Assembly: GCA_008632985.1 (NCBI GenBank)
Contig: QPGO01000102.1
Location: 1-64,000, forward strand
Length of the DNA: 64,000 nt
Reading direction: 5' to 3'
DNA from: Psammoneis japonica
Lineage: Eukaryota
Both the position numbers and the translations under genes were made by a program. Positions 35,449 through 46,806 of the stretch are shown here, one piece after another (the first letter of the stretch is position 1; every line of letters starts with the position of its first letter). Below the pieces are notes generated by a model that ran no database searches, was not told the DNA's origin, and saw only the letters and a program-made list of their open reading frames with translations.

Positions 35449-36843
35449 TCAGAAGTCGCTCTCAAGCAAGGCACCCAATACATCTTGGAAGCAACCGCAG
35501 TCTACATCATCCCCGGCAATGTCGCCATAGTCCGTGTCTCCAAAGCTGGCTGCGTCTCCAAAGCCACCATCGTCGCCGCTATTGAATCCTGCACCTGCAT
35601 AGCCGTCGTCGGGGTACATATCTTGTCCAACCACCTCACCATCCACCACTTGTCCTTCACCCATGTCACCAGCACCAGCATCGCCATAATCCACGCCTCC
35701 TCCACCGTCATCTATGGTATCTTGAACTGCAGTATCTTGATACCCATCATCCTGCGCATAGTCGAATCCATCTTGTTCGGCAGCATCATCCATTCCGGCT
35801 CCTTGATAGTCACTCACGTCTCCACCCGTCGTTTCTTCAATATTGTTGACAATACTTTCAAACCCGTGGTGGGGCAACAGGCCTCCGGCAAGAATGTACA
35901 AAAAGGCTAGATTGGTTAGAGACGACATGTTTTGCATGGATCGAATCGTTCCGGCACTGGTGGGTTGAAAGGAATAGGGCAAATTCAATACGGCACCACT
36001 GTGACAACAGTCCATGACACATGTAACCGTCACACCAGACGCCATGGGTTTAACAAAGTGGTTGAAAAGCGAAAAGTCACGAATATGACCGGATCTCTCG
36101 TGATCGAGCGGAATCAACGTTTCGTCCACGTCCTTGGTGCTATTCTTGAATGCGTTTCCCTGGGGCATGAGTAATCCGCCGTGACCGGAATAATGAAAGT
36201 AGACCGAGTCTCCTGGAGAACTGTGTTCGACTAGTTTTCGAAGCCCTGCAATCATAGTTTGTCTTGTGGGAAAGTGGTGAATTCCGTCGTCCATAATTAC
36301 CAAAATGTTGTGTTCTGTGTACCCCTGTTTCTCAATCAGATACTTCTTCATGTTGAGAACATCGTTCTGACAGCCGCTCAACTGTCCACTCTGTCCACGA
36401 TAATTGATACCCACCAGCAATGCCCTCTTAGTGCCTGCATCGTCCCCAACAAGCGAAAAGGGTGTCTCCTTGACATCCAACGGCCTCGAGCTGGTCAGTT
36501 GCGGGATTTGAGAATAGCCATCTTTTGCCAGCTCCTGTCGGAGTTCGAGTAGCAGCTGTTGAAAAGTCAAGTTTTTGTTGTTGCGTTTGTATAAAATATT
36601 GAGAAGAGCACTTGTACAAGCTCCACCCGCACGCCCTGCTGCATCAGGAAGTTTGCCCGTCACGTTTGATACGTCCGCGCTTGTTTGTTCGGTATGACAG
36701 CCAGAAATCATTCGCACTTCTGCTGGAATCAATTCTGCTGCTTGACGATCAAAGCCAGACAGTGGTGATGATGATGATTGTAAAGAAGGAGCAACATTGT
36801 TGCTGCTGCTTTCTCGGTTGCGGCGGCGGTTCAAGAGACGCAT
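35449..36843 (-). CDS. Type III metacaspase (p10 before p20) with acidic Gly/Asp-rich tail
   Basis: p10 (ISGCHTEQTSAD...GGACTSALL...QIPQLTSS) precedes p20 (KRALLVGINY...HYSGHGG...DCCHSG). The His/Cys dyad is intact. Confidence 0.9.
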   Translation of the reverse strand: MRLLNRRRNRESSSNNVAPSLQSSSSPLSGFDRQAAELIPAEVRMISGCHTEQTSADVSNVTGKLPDAAGRAGGACTSALLNILYKRNNKNLTFQQLLLELRQELAKDGYSQIPQLTSSRPLDVKETPFSLVGDDAGTKRALLVGINYRGQSGQLSGCQNDVLNMKKYLIEKQGYTEHNILVIMDDGIHHFPTRQTMIAGLRKLVEHSSPGDSVYFHYSGHGGLLMPQGNAFKNSTKDVDETLIPLDHERSGHIRDFSLFNHFVKPMASGVTVTCVMDCCHSGAVLNLPYSFQPTSAGTIRSMQNMSSLTNLAFLYILAGGLLPHHGFESIVNNIEETTGGDVSDYQGAGMDDAAEQDGFDYAQDDGYQDTAVQDTIDDGGGGVDYGDAGAGDMGEGQVVDGEVVGQDMYPDDGYAGAGFNSGDDGGFGDAASFGDTDYGDIAGDDVDCGCFQDVLGALLESDF

Positions 36844-37162
36844 CGCGTTTGTTTCATTGTTGCCATGGCGAATTTTTCTGCGAAAGATTTTTCAGCGAGA
36901 TCTTGGTATAACGGCTGCCGTTATTTCTCCCTCCACTGTATGATCAATTTTCGAATTCGTATAAAATTGATTACACTGATTCGTGGGTCAAAATCCGCTG
37001 TCTCGATATTCTCAATAATTCTTCAACCATGGCGTCGTTTCAGCGAGCACTGTTTCATTCTACAGCACGTCGCTCTGCGGCTGGAGCTATCTCTGTAGCA
37101 GCTCTTGTGAGTGCCTCCGCTTGTTTCTTAGAGAACGGCAAGCACTCGGACAAAAGCACGGA

Positions 37163-37510
37163 TGTGACAATATTCATATTTGCATGTTTTTACAACAACA
37201 TCGGACCTCCACGATCCAATCAGAGATCCAAGATTCGAACCCCGTGTGCGATGCTCAGTCTCGAATCCCGCGGAAGCCGAGTCACGAATGCGATGTTTGT
37301 TCCTAGCTTCGCGCTTGTTTAACTTCGCGTTTCCTTTAGATGGCAGCTGCATCTGCTCATAAAAAAACTGCTCATAATCTTTCTAACGTGCTGATTATCA
37401 CCTCTCAACTTTTGGTACAATAAAGTTACTGATTGATTGTTGCATCGCAATTGCAGCTTTTAATCACTGAAAGTGCAGACGAATCCCAGAATTCCGGCTA
37501 CTTTCCCACA
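37163..37510 (+). repeat. Copia-2 5' LTR
   Basis: TGTG...CACA; direct repeat of 43394-43741. Confidence 0.97.
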
Positions 37511-37584
37511 CGCTTCCTCTGCAAAATCTACAAGTTAAGTCAATCGATCTTAAGCTCTCGATTCTACTTTACTCTGCTGTTACT

Positions 37585-39090
37585 ATGGTCATGCAGACAC
37601 GAACCGCGGCTGCTCTAGCTGCCTCTGTTGCAGCTCCCGCTGCTGCACCCGCTGCAGCTCCTGCCACTGCTGCTGCTCCGGCAACAGCACCTGCTCCTGC
37701 AGCCGCTCCAGTTGCTCCTGTACCTCCCCCAGTCGTTCCTCCCGGTGCACCTCCAGGAGGAGGTGGCGGAGGAGGTGGAGGAGGAGGCGGAGGTGGAGTC
37801 CCACCAGGTGGAGTCCCGCCAGGTGGACCACCATTGGCACCTGTGCCACCACTGCCGATCTTCGCGTTGACTCCAGGTCAACACCGTCCCAACAACTTCA
37901 TCGACTGCGGCACATCGCAAGGCCTCAAGCTTTGGAACGCCGCCACTGCACCGCTGCCGCACGAGTTCAACGGCGATTCAGAAGGTCTCAAACGGTTTTG
38001 TGAGACACTCAGTCAACGAGCTGCCGAGGCAGGATGGAAAACAGGGGCAGGAGACATGCTTGCCATTCCCGACGCGAATGGAACTCCACGAGATCTCATC
38101 TCCGAGTACGGACTACTCACTCTACAGGATGTTAGAACCCACGCGAACACCTTCGCGAATCTGCCTGCGCGACAAGCACAGAACAATGTGCAGATGGCCG
38201 AGGCGATCTCTCAATCCCTTACGGAGGAAGCAAGAGACAAGATGTTGGCTGAGATAGATTCCCACACGATCAATGGAAATCAAATCGGCACACTGTTCTT
38301 CAAGCTGCTTGCGCAAAAGGCCATCGTTGACACACGCTCTGCCACCAACTACTTCCGCGAGAACTTGTCAAGCCTGGACACGCACATGGCGGCTGTCAAC
38401 TCGGACATCGAAGAGTTCAACAAGTGCGCCAAGCTCAACGTTGACGGACTCCAAGCTAGAGGAGAGCAGTGCGACGACCTTGTCATGAATCTGTTCAAAG
38501 GATGCGCCGCAGCTGCTGACGAAGCATTCGTCAAGCACATCATGTTGCACAAGGACAGGTGCGACGACGGTGAGGAATTCACGCCGACGCAAATCATGAC
38601 GTTGGCACTGAACAAATGTGCTGACCTCAAGCGCGAGAAGAAGTGGGGAGCACTGTCACCGGCTGAAGAGCAAATCGTCGCGCTTGCAGCCAAGGTAGAC
38701 TCCATCAAGGATCAGAACCTTCAGCCATCTAAAGCTTTGAAGGCCAAGGCTGGTTCAATCAAGGAAAGAAGCACACGGTCAAGGAAGACCAAGACCACTC
38801 CACGTCAGAGACAGAAAGCGGACGAAGCCTGGAAGAAAGTCCCACCCAAGGAGGACGCTCCTAAGAAGACAGTGAACGGTCATCAGCACTGTCACAAGCG
38901 CGTCAACAATCGCGACTGTCACTGGTGCCCATGTCACACTGCTTGGGTCATGCACTTGCCTGATGATCCGGGCAACCAAGGCTGTAGACTCCGCAAGCAA
39001 CAGTCTGCTCCATCCACAGACATGTCGGACAAGAAAGTCTCCTTCGCAAGTGCTGTCTCTGCCATCCTAAACGAAGTGGATCAAGAGTGA
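37585..39090 (+). CDS. Copia-2 gag-like ORF (Ala/Pro/Gly-rich N-terminus, C-terminal WCPCH..W..H..C knuckle)
   Basis: 501-aa ORF directly after the LTR/PBS; ends in a TGA that is in frame with pol. Confidence 0.8.
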   Translation: MVMQTRTAAALAASVAAPAAAPAAAPATAAAPATAPAPAAAPVAPVPPPVVPPGAPPGGGGGGGGGGGGGGVPPGGVPPGGPPLAPVPPLPIFALTPGQHRPNNFIDCGTSQGLKLWNAATAPLPHEFNGDSEGLKRFCETLSQRAAEAGWKTGAGDMLAIPDANGTPRDLISEYGLLTLQDVRTHANTFANLPARQAQNNVQMAEAISQSLTEEARDKMLAEIDSHTINGNQIGTLFFKLLAQKAIVDTRSATNYFRENLSSLDTHMAAVNSDIEEFNKCAKLNVDGLQARGEQCDDLVMNLFKGCAAAADEAFVKHIMLHKDRCDDGEEFTPTQIMTLALNKCADLKREKKWGALSPAEEQIVALAAKVDSIKDQNLQPSKALKAKAGSIKERSTRSRKTKTTPRQRQKADEAWKKVPPKEDAPKKTVNGHQHCHKRVNNRDCHWCPCHTAWVMHLPDDPGNQGCRLRKQQSAPSTDMSDKKVSFASAVSAILNEVDQE

Positions 39091-42000
39091 CTGCTCTGCA
39101 GGTTCACTCTGACACTGCTGCTGTCCTTGCAGACAGCCGTCACTGTGTCAGTGCTCCTGATGGCGGTCGCTGGCGTCATGAAATGTGCAGCACCGATCTG
39201 GATCACACCGCCATTCATGATGCTGTCCCTTCCTTCAGAAAAGTGCAAGCGCCTGTCACATGCCGTAATGACGCTGGGTGAGTGGGTCATCTCACATGTC
39301 CTGGCTGAACTGGGCACAAGACGAGTTAAGACTCACCAGCGACGGCCAACGACGAGGTGCTGCGCACGGTGTCATGCGTCGACAAGGCCAGGTCACCGCT
39401 CCAAAGTGGCCACCAAGAAGGCTCACTGTGTCATTGCGCGATGCAAGACGGTTAGAGCGTGCAACTCAACCACACCATGCCGTCCCAAGCGAACGGAGCC
39501 CACTTGCGATTCGGACTCATTCGCAATCGGCGTCGACTCGCATTCTTCCTGCACCATGTCCAACGACGAGGCACACTTCATTGGTCCTCTTCGCAAATCC
39601 AACAAAGTGGCACTCGGTGTCAAGGGCTGCTTGCGTGCTGAGGGAGAAGGAACAGTGCAGTGGGCAATTGAGGACGACATGGGACGAGTGCACAGCATCA
39701 AAATTCGAGACGCGCTGCTCGCACCGGACTTGCCTCATTGTCTTCTCTGCCCGCAGCAATGGAGCCAGCAAGCTGATGACCACACGCCAGAGCCTCACGG
39801 AACCGCATCTTGGACTGGGGACGACGGACTGTTGCTGATGTGGGACCAGCGCAAGCATCATCGCCTGATTCCATGGTCCACCAACTCTAACGTCGCCAAG
39901 ATGCGCTCCACACCCGGTTCCAACAAACACCAGACCTTTGCAGCCGCTGTCGAAGAACAAACCGACATCGAAACTATCGAACACGTGGCCCATCAAGCTC
40001 ACATCATACCACCAGACGACGAGAGCATTGCGAATGATGACGAGGCTGCAATTGATGCAGACGTCTTCAGAAGTCCATCCGAGACACGTCCTTCCGAGAC
40101 GCAAGACGCACGCAACACCACTGATGAGGATGCTTCTGTCTCATTTGAGCCAACAGACGGAGCAAGTCGTTCAGACTCAGACGAGGAAAACCCAAGGGAT
40201 TTCACAACACCGGAGGCACAGCAGGACTTGCCGGAACCCATCAACATCATGCCAAATGATGACGCCCTTGCTGCCACAGATGACCAGGGTGAACCATTGC
40301 GTTGGCATTGCCGCCTGGGCCACATGTCATTCAAAATGACAAAGCCATTGGCCGCCCCAGGCATTCTACCGAAACGCCTTACAAAGGTGCACAACCCAAA
40401 ATGTGCCGGCTGCCTGTACGGTGCCATGACGAAACGACCATGGCGCTCCAAGTCCAAGCGGAGCCGACGAATCCACTTGGCAACTTCGCCTGGAGAAGCC
40501 GCATCCATCAACCAGCTCGAGAGTCCTGCTCCTGGATTGATCCCACAGCTCAAAGGGAGACCTGCGAAACAAAGGCATCGAGCAGCGACAATTTTTGTTG
40601 ATCATTTCAGCGGATTGGGACACACACATTTGCAGAAAGGACTCACCTCAGCCGAGACGCTCGAAGCCAAGCACGCTTTCGAGGCATTCGCACGCCGGAT
40701 GCACGTCCGCATTCAACACTGCCACGCCGACAATGGAAGATTTGCTGACAATGCTTTCATACAAGACGTCAAGAAGCAACAGCAAACAACATCCTGTTGT
40801 GGGGTCAACGCCCACTTCCAAAATGGCATCGCGGAGAAAAGAACAAGGGACCTCCAAGAGCAATCTCGGAAGCAACTCCTGCATGCAAAAGTGAGATGGC
40901 CAACGGCTGTTGAGTTGAACTTGTGGCCAAGCGCTCTCAGGAACTCAAACAAGATCAAAAATCACTTGCCGAATCACGAGGACGGCTCTTCTCCGCTGGA
41001 ACGTTTCTCATCCGTCAAGGTCCAGCCCAATCTCAAACAACACCATGCCTTCGGCTGTCCCGTCTACGCCTTGCACAACCGGTTGCAGGGAGGAGGCAGG
41101 CTGCCTGAGTGGGACCCAAGGGCAAGGTTAGGAATCAATTTGGGACCATCAACAAGACACGCAGGTTCAGTTACCTTGGTTTTGAATTTGCAGACCGGAC
41201 TCGCATCGCCGCAATTTCACGTGCAATTTGACGACTTCTTTGAGACTGTTCGTCCATCTGCTGGGAATCCTCCTACATTCTCACAATGGCAAGGCATTGC
41301 AGGTTTCAGACAACTCAAGACAAGGAGCACTTTCAACATCTTTGGGAAATCAAGTGACGCACCGGTTGAGGGATCAGTCCCTGCCACAACGGAACCACCT
41401 AAGCCGAATTCGGATGTCCCGTCTCAGCTGCTGCATCCTGCTGATACGTCTGCCACTGATGACTCATTTGACAATGCCCAACCGGATGATGAAATGCTGT
41501 GCACGCCTCCAGATGATTCTGACGCACCATCTGAGCCACAGTGCACTGTGGGTCAACCCAGCACCAGCAGGTCCGGCTGACAACGACGCCCGACCGAAAG
41601 GATGCGCGAGAGCCAACTGCAACGGGCTCAAGGCATTGTCTCCCACCATGCAGAGGCAGAGGCATGTCATGATGCGATGCACGAGGATGATTACAAACTG
41701 CAGGATGACATGGACTCACCCATCTCTTTTCTGGCGAGCTCGGACCCCGACACCATGCACTTTGATCAGGCCATGCATGAACCTGACAGAGACGAATTTA
41801 TCAAGGCCTGTGTTAAGGAGGTCAATGATCACATTGAAAGGAAACATTGGATGCTCATTCCAAGAGAGGATGCACCTGACGATGTTGATGTTCTCCCTTC
41901 GGCATGGTCTGTGAAGCACAAAAGAGATGTTAAGACCCAAGCCGTCTACAAATGGAAGTCCCGACTTAATGTGCACGGCGGAAAGCAAGAGCATGCTGTC

Positions 42001-43350
42001 AACTGCTTCCAGACCTGCTCTGCCATGGTCTTCTGGTTCACTGTCCGGCTCCCACTGATCATTGACATTCTTAAGAAGTGGCGTGCACACCAAGTCGACT
42101 TCGTTCTGGCGCGTCCGCATGCCGACATCGAATGTGACATGTGCATGGAGTTGCCTGCAGGAATTGAAGCAAAATGTGGCAATGGCAAGACTCATGTTCT
42201 GAAGTTGCTCAAGAACTTATATGGACAAAAGCAAGCAGGGAGAGTGTGGCAAGAACACTTACGTGATGGATTGTTAAGGATTGGTTTCGTACAATCGGCG
42301 GTTGATGAGTGCCTGCATTTTCGTGGCAATGTCATTTTCATTCATTGTGTCGATGACGGCATCTTTGCATCCCCTGATGAGTCTGCTGTTGACAAGGCGA
42401 TGCAGGATGTCAGAGATGAGAATTTTGACATTGATGATCAAGGCACTCTGGACGACTATCTCGGTGTCAACGTCGAGACACTGCCAGACGGCAGAATGAA
42501 ACTTGCCCAACCTCACCTTGTCAATCAGATGCTGGAGATGGCCAACATTCCAAAGAGACTACCAGATAAGTCTACTCCTGCTCCTTCCTCCAAGATCCTC
42601 CACAGACATATGAGTGAGCCTGCTTTCCAAGGGAGCTTTCATTACCGATCCATCATCGGCAAGCTCAATTTTCTGGAGAAGAGCACTCGACCGGACATCG
42701 CTTACGCGGTGCACCAAGTCGCACGCTTTTCTTCCGATCCCAAGGTTTCTCACGGTGAAGCCGTACTATGGCTCTGTAAGTACCTAAGGTCAACCAGAAC
42801 TGAAGGTATTATACTACAGCCCTCAACGGACAAGTCCCTTGAAGTTCACGCCGACGCGGACTTTGTGGGCAATTGGAATAAGCTGACTGCACCCAATGAC
42901 GTCGGCACTTCCAAATCTCGAACTGGGTTTGTCATCACCTATGCAGGATGTCCGATTGTCTGGACGTCCAAGCTACAGACTCAGATCGCGCTCAGCACTA
43001 CTGAAGCTGAATTTATCGCTCTTTCGGAAAGTCTTCGAAGCGCCATCCCAATTATGAACCTAATTCAAGAATTTATGGATCACGGTCATAATGTCCCTTC
43101 CAAGACACCAGTCGTACATTGTAAGGCTTTTGAAGACAATTCTGGAGCATTGGAGATCGCGAGATTGCCTAAGATGCGTCCTCGGACAAAACACTTCAAC
43201 CTCACTCTCCACCACTTTAAAGACCATGTTCGCAAAGGTCTCATATCAATCCTACCAATTGATACGGCGGATCAGATTGCAGACATTTTCACCAAACCTC
43301 TACCACAGAATCTCTTCGTTAAGCACAGGAAATCGCTCCTTAAGTGGTAA
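39091..43350 (+). pseudogene. Copia-2 pol (PR-IN-RT-RH), one internal TGA at 41578-41580
   Basis: PR GVDSHSS; IN WHCRLGH..C..C, ADNG and QNGIAEK; RT KNLYGQKQ and CVDD; RH ADADF, STTEAE, EDNSGA and QIADIFTK. Confidence 0.9.
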
Positions 43351-43393
43351 GACGTTTTCGAGTCATCATTCCACCCGACATTGTTGAAGGGAG

Positions 43394-43741
43394 TGTGACA
43401 ATATTCATATTTGCATGTTTTTACAACAACATCGGACCTCCACGATCCAATCAGAGATCCAAGATTCGAACCCCGTGTGCGATGCTCAGTCTCGAATCCC
43501 GCGGAAGCCGAGTCACGAATGCGATGTTTGTTCCTAGCTTCGCGCTTGTTTAACTTCGCGTTTCCTTTAGATGGCAGCTGCATCTGCTCATAAAAAAACT
43601 GCTCATAATCTTTCTAACGTACTGATTATCACCTCTCAACTTTTGGTACAATAAAGTTACTGATTGATTGTTGCATCGCAATTGCAGCTTTTAATCACTG
43701 AAAGTGCAGACGAATCCCAGAATTCCGGCTACTTTCCCACA
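43394..43741 (+). repeat. Copia-2 3' LTR
   Basis: Direct repeat of the 5' LTR. Confidence 0.97.
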
Positions 43742-45453
43742 ACGGAAAGATCTTCTTTTGCGAGTGACTTGAGATGTCCCGTCACCACAACTTGTGACTC
43801 TAATGCTCCCACAAAGATATTTACTGCAGATCAAGTGTCGCAACATAACGGAGCAAATAACAAGGAAACATGGGTTTCGTACCAGGGCAAAGTGTATGAT
43901 ATCACTGACTTTATCAAGGGACATCCCGGAGGAGAAGTGATTCGAGATGCGTCGGGCGGTCCGATTGAGAATTACTGGGCGTATTGGGCATACCATACGG
44001 CGTGCAAAAAGCCAGCAGCGTTTTTGAAGCAGTACGAGATTGGTCAATTAAAGCAAGACGAGGACATGGATAATGACAGTATCGAATCACTTACAGACGA
44101 AATGTATGCGGCTGATCCCGATCGCGCAAAATGCGAGGCAGACGGACAAGTAGCTCTGTCTGTTCGACCTTGGAGCAGCGAAACTCTTCCCCAGCACCAA
44201 AATACACCCTTTACCTCCAATGAATCGTTTTATGTACGAAACCATGCTCCAGTTCCACTAGTCGATTCAGATGATTATGATGTATCGATTGAGTGCGATG
44301 CAAGCATTCTGCACGAGAAACATACTAAAAACAAACTGGAATTATCTTTTCACTCTATTCAAAGGGATTTTCCTACCGTGACCATCAATTCGACTCTGCA
44401 ATGTGCAGGAAACCGAGGTGCAGATATGGTCAAAGTTGCACCTACTGCATTTTCGGGAACCCCTTACGAGAACATTCGGACAGGCATGATGGGACATGCA
44501 TCGTGGGCGGGTGTACGCCTTGTCGATGTATTAAATCATGCATTTCCAGGTCTCGACGGCATTACAGAAGATGAAATTGATTCCTGCCACGTTGAATTTG
44601 AGGGTGTGGACGGATACAAAACGTCTACACCGCTGAGGCGCATCCTGGATAAATCGTTTGATGCCATGTTGGCGTGGGAAATGAATGGCGAGCCGCTGCC
44701 ACCCGACCATGGTGGCCCGATTCGTGTCTTGTTGCCAGGCATTGCGGGGGCGCGCAATGTCAAATGGGTTTGTGCGATTCGTATTCAACGACACGAATGT
44801 GATTCTTGTTTTCAGAGATCCTACTACTTGGTATGTTTATATTGGTGACGATGTTGTGTTAGCTCGCGGTCAAACGTTTCGTGGCTTGCATGCGAAATAG
44901 TACTTGCATGTTTCTCACCATTGAGCCTTTTGATCTGCAGGATATGCATGGTCGACCTATTCAAGAAATGCCAATGCAATGTTTCATGACGTCAAAGACA
45001 GTCACCGATAAGGACACACTCTCTGTTGCAGGTGTAGCGTGGGGTGGTGGAAGTGGTGTAGGGATCAGTCGAGTGGAGGTGTCTAGCGACAATGGCAAGT
45101 CATGGAAGGAGGCAACAATCAAGAGAATACCACGAAGTTACTCCGAAGCGAGCCGCGAGTGGTCTTGGGTGCGATTTTCCGCTCAGTTTGACCTAGACCC
45201 GAAACGAGATAAGAACTTACCATTACCGACTGTTACCAGCCGTGCATTTGACGGAACAGGATTGCAGCAACCCGAACAAATTTGGTACCCCAAGGGATAC
45301 CTTTCGAATGGGTGGCATCGCGTGTAATTTATGGGCTAAACAGTGCATACAAGTGATAGGGACAAGTGCAGGTGACTGTATACTGATTCATGGGTACGAT
45401 TGGTGTTTCTTGTGTCGAGGAATAGGGATAGACATCTTTATAGTTGCAACCTA

Positions 45454-46806
45454 CTAAAGATTCTTGAAGAACTTTCTCCATTTTGGTAAATGTAGTGTGT
45501 TTTCGACGTGGACAGAGCAATACTTTCCATTCTCTTTGGCCACCGCAAATTGCTTTCGAATCTCCTGTTCGCCGTTAGAAGATAGATAGTATTCTCTGGT
45601 TACCATTTGCTTTTCGTATTCCAAAGTGAGATTCAGTAACATGTGTAATTGTTCCTCAGAAATGCATTCCATTGGAAAATCCTTTGCTCTTTTGAAACCC
45701 AGCTTTTCCGCCTGAGCTTCAGTTGCAGCAGAGACGTCGCTTCTGTTCAAATTCTTTCTCTTGTCTATCAAACCATGTTGATATGCCCCCACAGCAAGCA
45801 TGTCATAATGGGGATTTTTGCTTGAAGAAGGATTCAGAAGCTGTGCGTCTTTTACGCCCTGATTTGTCAGGTACTGGCAAAGGCGTCTCGCTTCTGGAAT
45901 CATTTGGCAGAAGAACTCTTGCACAAGAACCTCGTTTTTACTTTTGCAATTTCTCGTGTTTGTTGTCATTTGCATGTTGAAAACTCGAAATTCTGCGTCA
46001 GGAAATTTCTCTTTCCAGCGCTTCAGCACTGCGGGCGGCAGTTGGAATGCACGCTTCACCATGAGCGAATCGAAAAAGGAAGGGAAAGTCTCGATAACTC
46101 TGCCACGATCGTCAGGCCAATTGTCTCGGAAGAACTTTCGATGTTCCGGTACGTCAAAGCTGTATGCTTGATGATACTTTGATGGAAGCCAATCAGAGAG
46201 GCGACGATATGTGTAAACGATTCTCACGTTCCAACCGTCGAGGATCGGAATCAGGTATTTCCACAAGCTATAATCTTCCGTGTCGGGCCTGGCACAGATA
46301 TTCAGCATTTCCTCCGACACGAAAACGTTTTGTCTGTTATCCAAATGCTCCTTCACGATACCCGCAAATTCTTGCCACTTTTCCTGACATGCCGGCTTAA
46401 TCCAGTCGCGACAATTTCTAACCATTTCATGTAGTAATTTCTCTGGAATGTTTTGTTGGTTACCCAGAAAGTAAAAGTTATCCTTTTCAAGCAATCCGGG
46501 ATAGTTTCTTCCAGCCCACTGAATTGTGGTGGTCCCAGTTTTCGGAGGACCGATGTGCAGTACAAAGAGTGGTGCATCGCGTGGAGGCGGGGCGCGTTTC
46601 GTTACTCTAGTGCTATTGGTAATCAGAGACTGCCCCTCAGATCTACGTAGTTCGCGGAATGTACGTGCATTCGCAACAGGTGATATTTGGCTCTTTTGTA
46701 TAGCACTCTGAATGGCACGTATTCTTCGGAACTCTCCAATGAAGAAAACATTGAAGAGAATCAGAACGAGAGCTAGAAACGAAAAAACTTTTTCGCTCTT
46801 TATCAT
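45454..46806 (-). CDS. Type II membrane sulfotransferase-like (P-loop) protein
   Basis: N-terminal TM segment, LHIGPPKTGTTTIQ, VSEE and YRRLSDWLPSKY. Confidence 0.7.
   Translation of the reverse strand: MIKSEKVFSFLALVLILFNVFFIGEFRRIRAIQSAIQKSQISPVANARTFRELRRSEGQSLITNSTRVTKRAPPPRDAPLFVLHIGPPKTGTTTIQWAGRNYPGLLEKDNFYFLGNQQNIPEKLLHEMVRNCRDWIKPACQEKWQEFAGIVKEHLDNRQNVFVSEEMLNICARPDTEDYSLWKYLIPILDGWNVRIVYTYRRLSDWLPSKYHQAYSFDVPEHRKFFRDNWPDDRGRVIETFPSFFDSLMVKRAFQLPPAVLKRWKEKFPDAEFRVFNMQMTTNTRNCKSKNEVLVQEFFCQMIPEARRLCQYLTNQGVKDAQLLNPSSSKNPHYDMLAVGAYQHGLIDKRKNLNRSDVSAATEAQAEKLGFKRAKDFPMECISEEQLHMLLNLTLEYEKQMVTREYYLSSNGEQEIRKQFAVAKENGKYCSVHVENTLHLPKWRKFFKNL

Larger units (their letters stand above)
37163..43741 (+). 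mobile_element. Copia-2: full-length young Ty1/Copia (CoDi-like) LTR retrotransposon
   Basis: 348-bp LTRs at 37163-37510 and 43394-43741 differ at 1 position. TSD ACGGA at 37158-37162 and 43742-43746. PPT GAAGGGAG. Confidence 0.97.
37029..45327 (+). pseudogene. Sulfite oxidase (mitochondrial presequence + cytochrome b5 + Moco + dimerisation domains), interrupted by Copia-2
   Basis: 37029-37162 joins in frame with 43747 onward once the element and one TSD copy are removed. Motifs HPGG, FYVRNH, LQCAGNRG, DHGGPIR and GARNVKW. Intron 44831-44940. Confidence 0.9.

Noticed and set aside
35449..36843. Circularly permuted metacaspase as a novelty
   Set aside because: This is the already described type III metacaspase arrangement of diatoms and related algae.
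37590..37860. GCT/CCT/GGA low-complexity repeats
   Set aside because: They encode the Ala/Pro/Gly-rich N-terminus of gag; this is not an array or CRISPR-like structure.
21174..43350. Alternative genetic code (TGY/CAY read as Tyr) to explain Tyr loss in the retroelements
   Set aside because: Adjacent genes use TAY normally, and the same changes occur in non-coding LTRs and in Leu/Ile codons.
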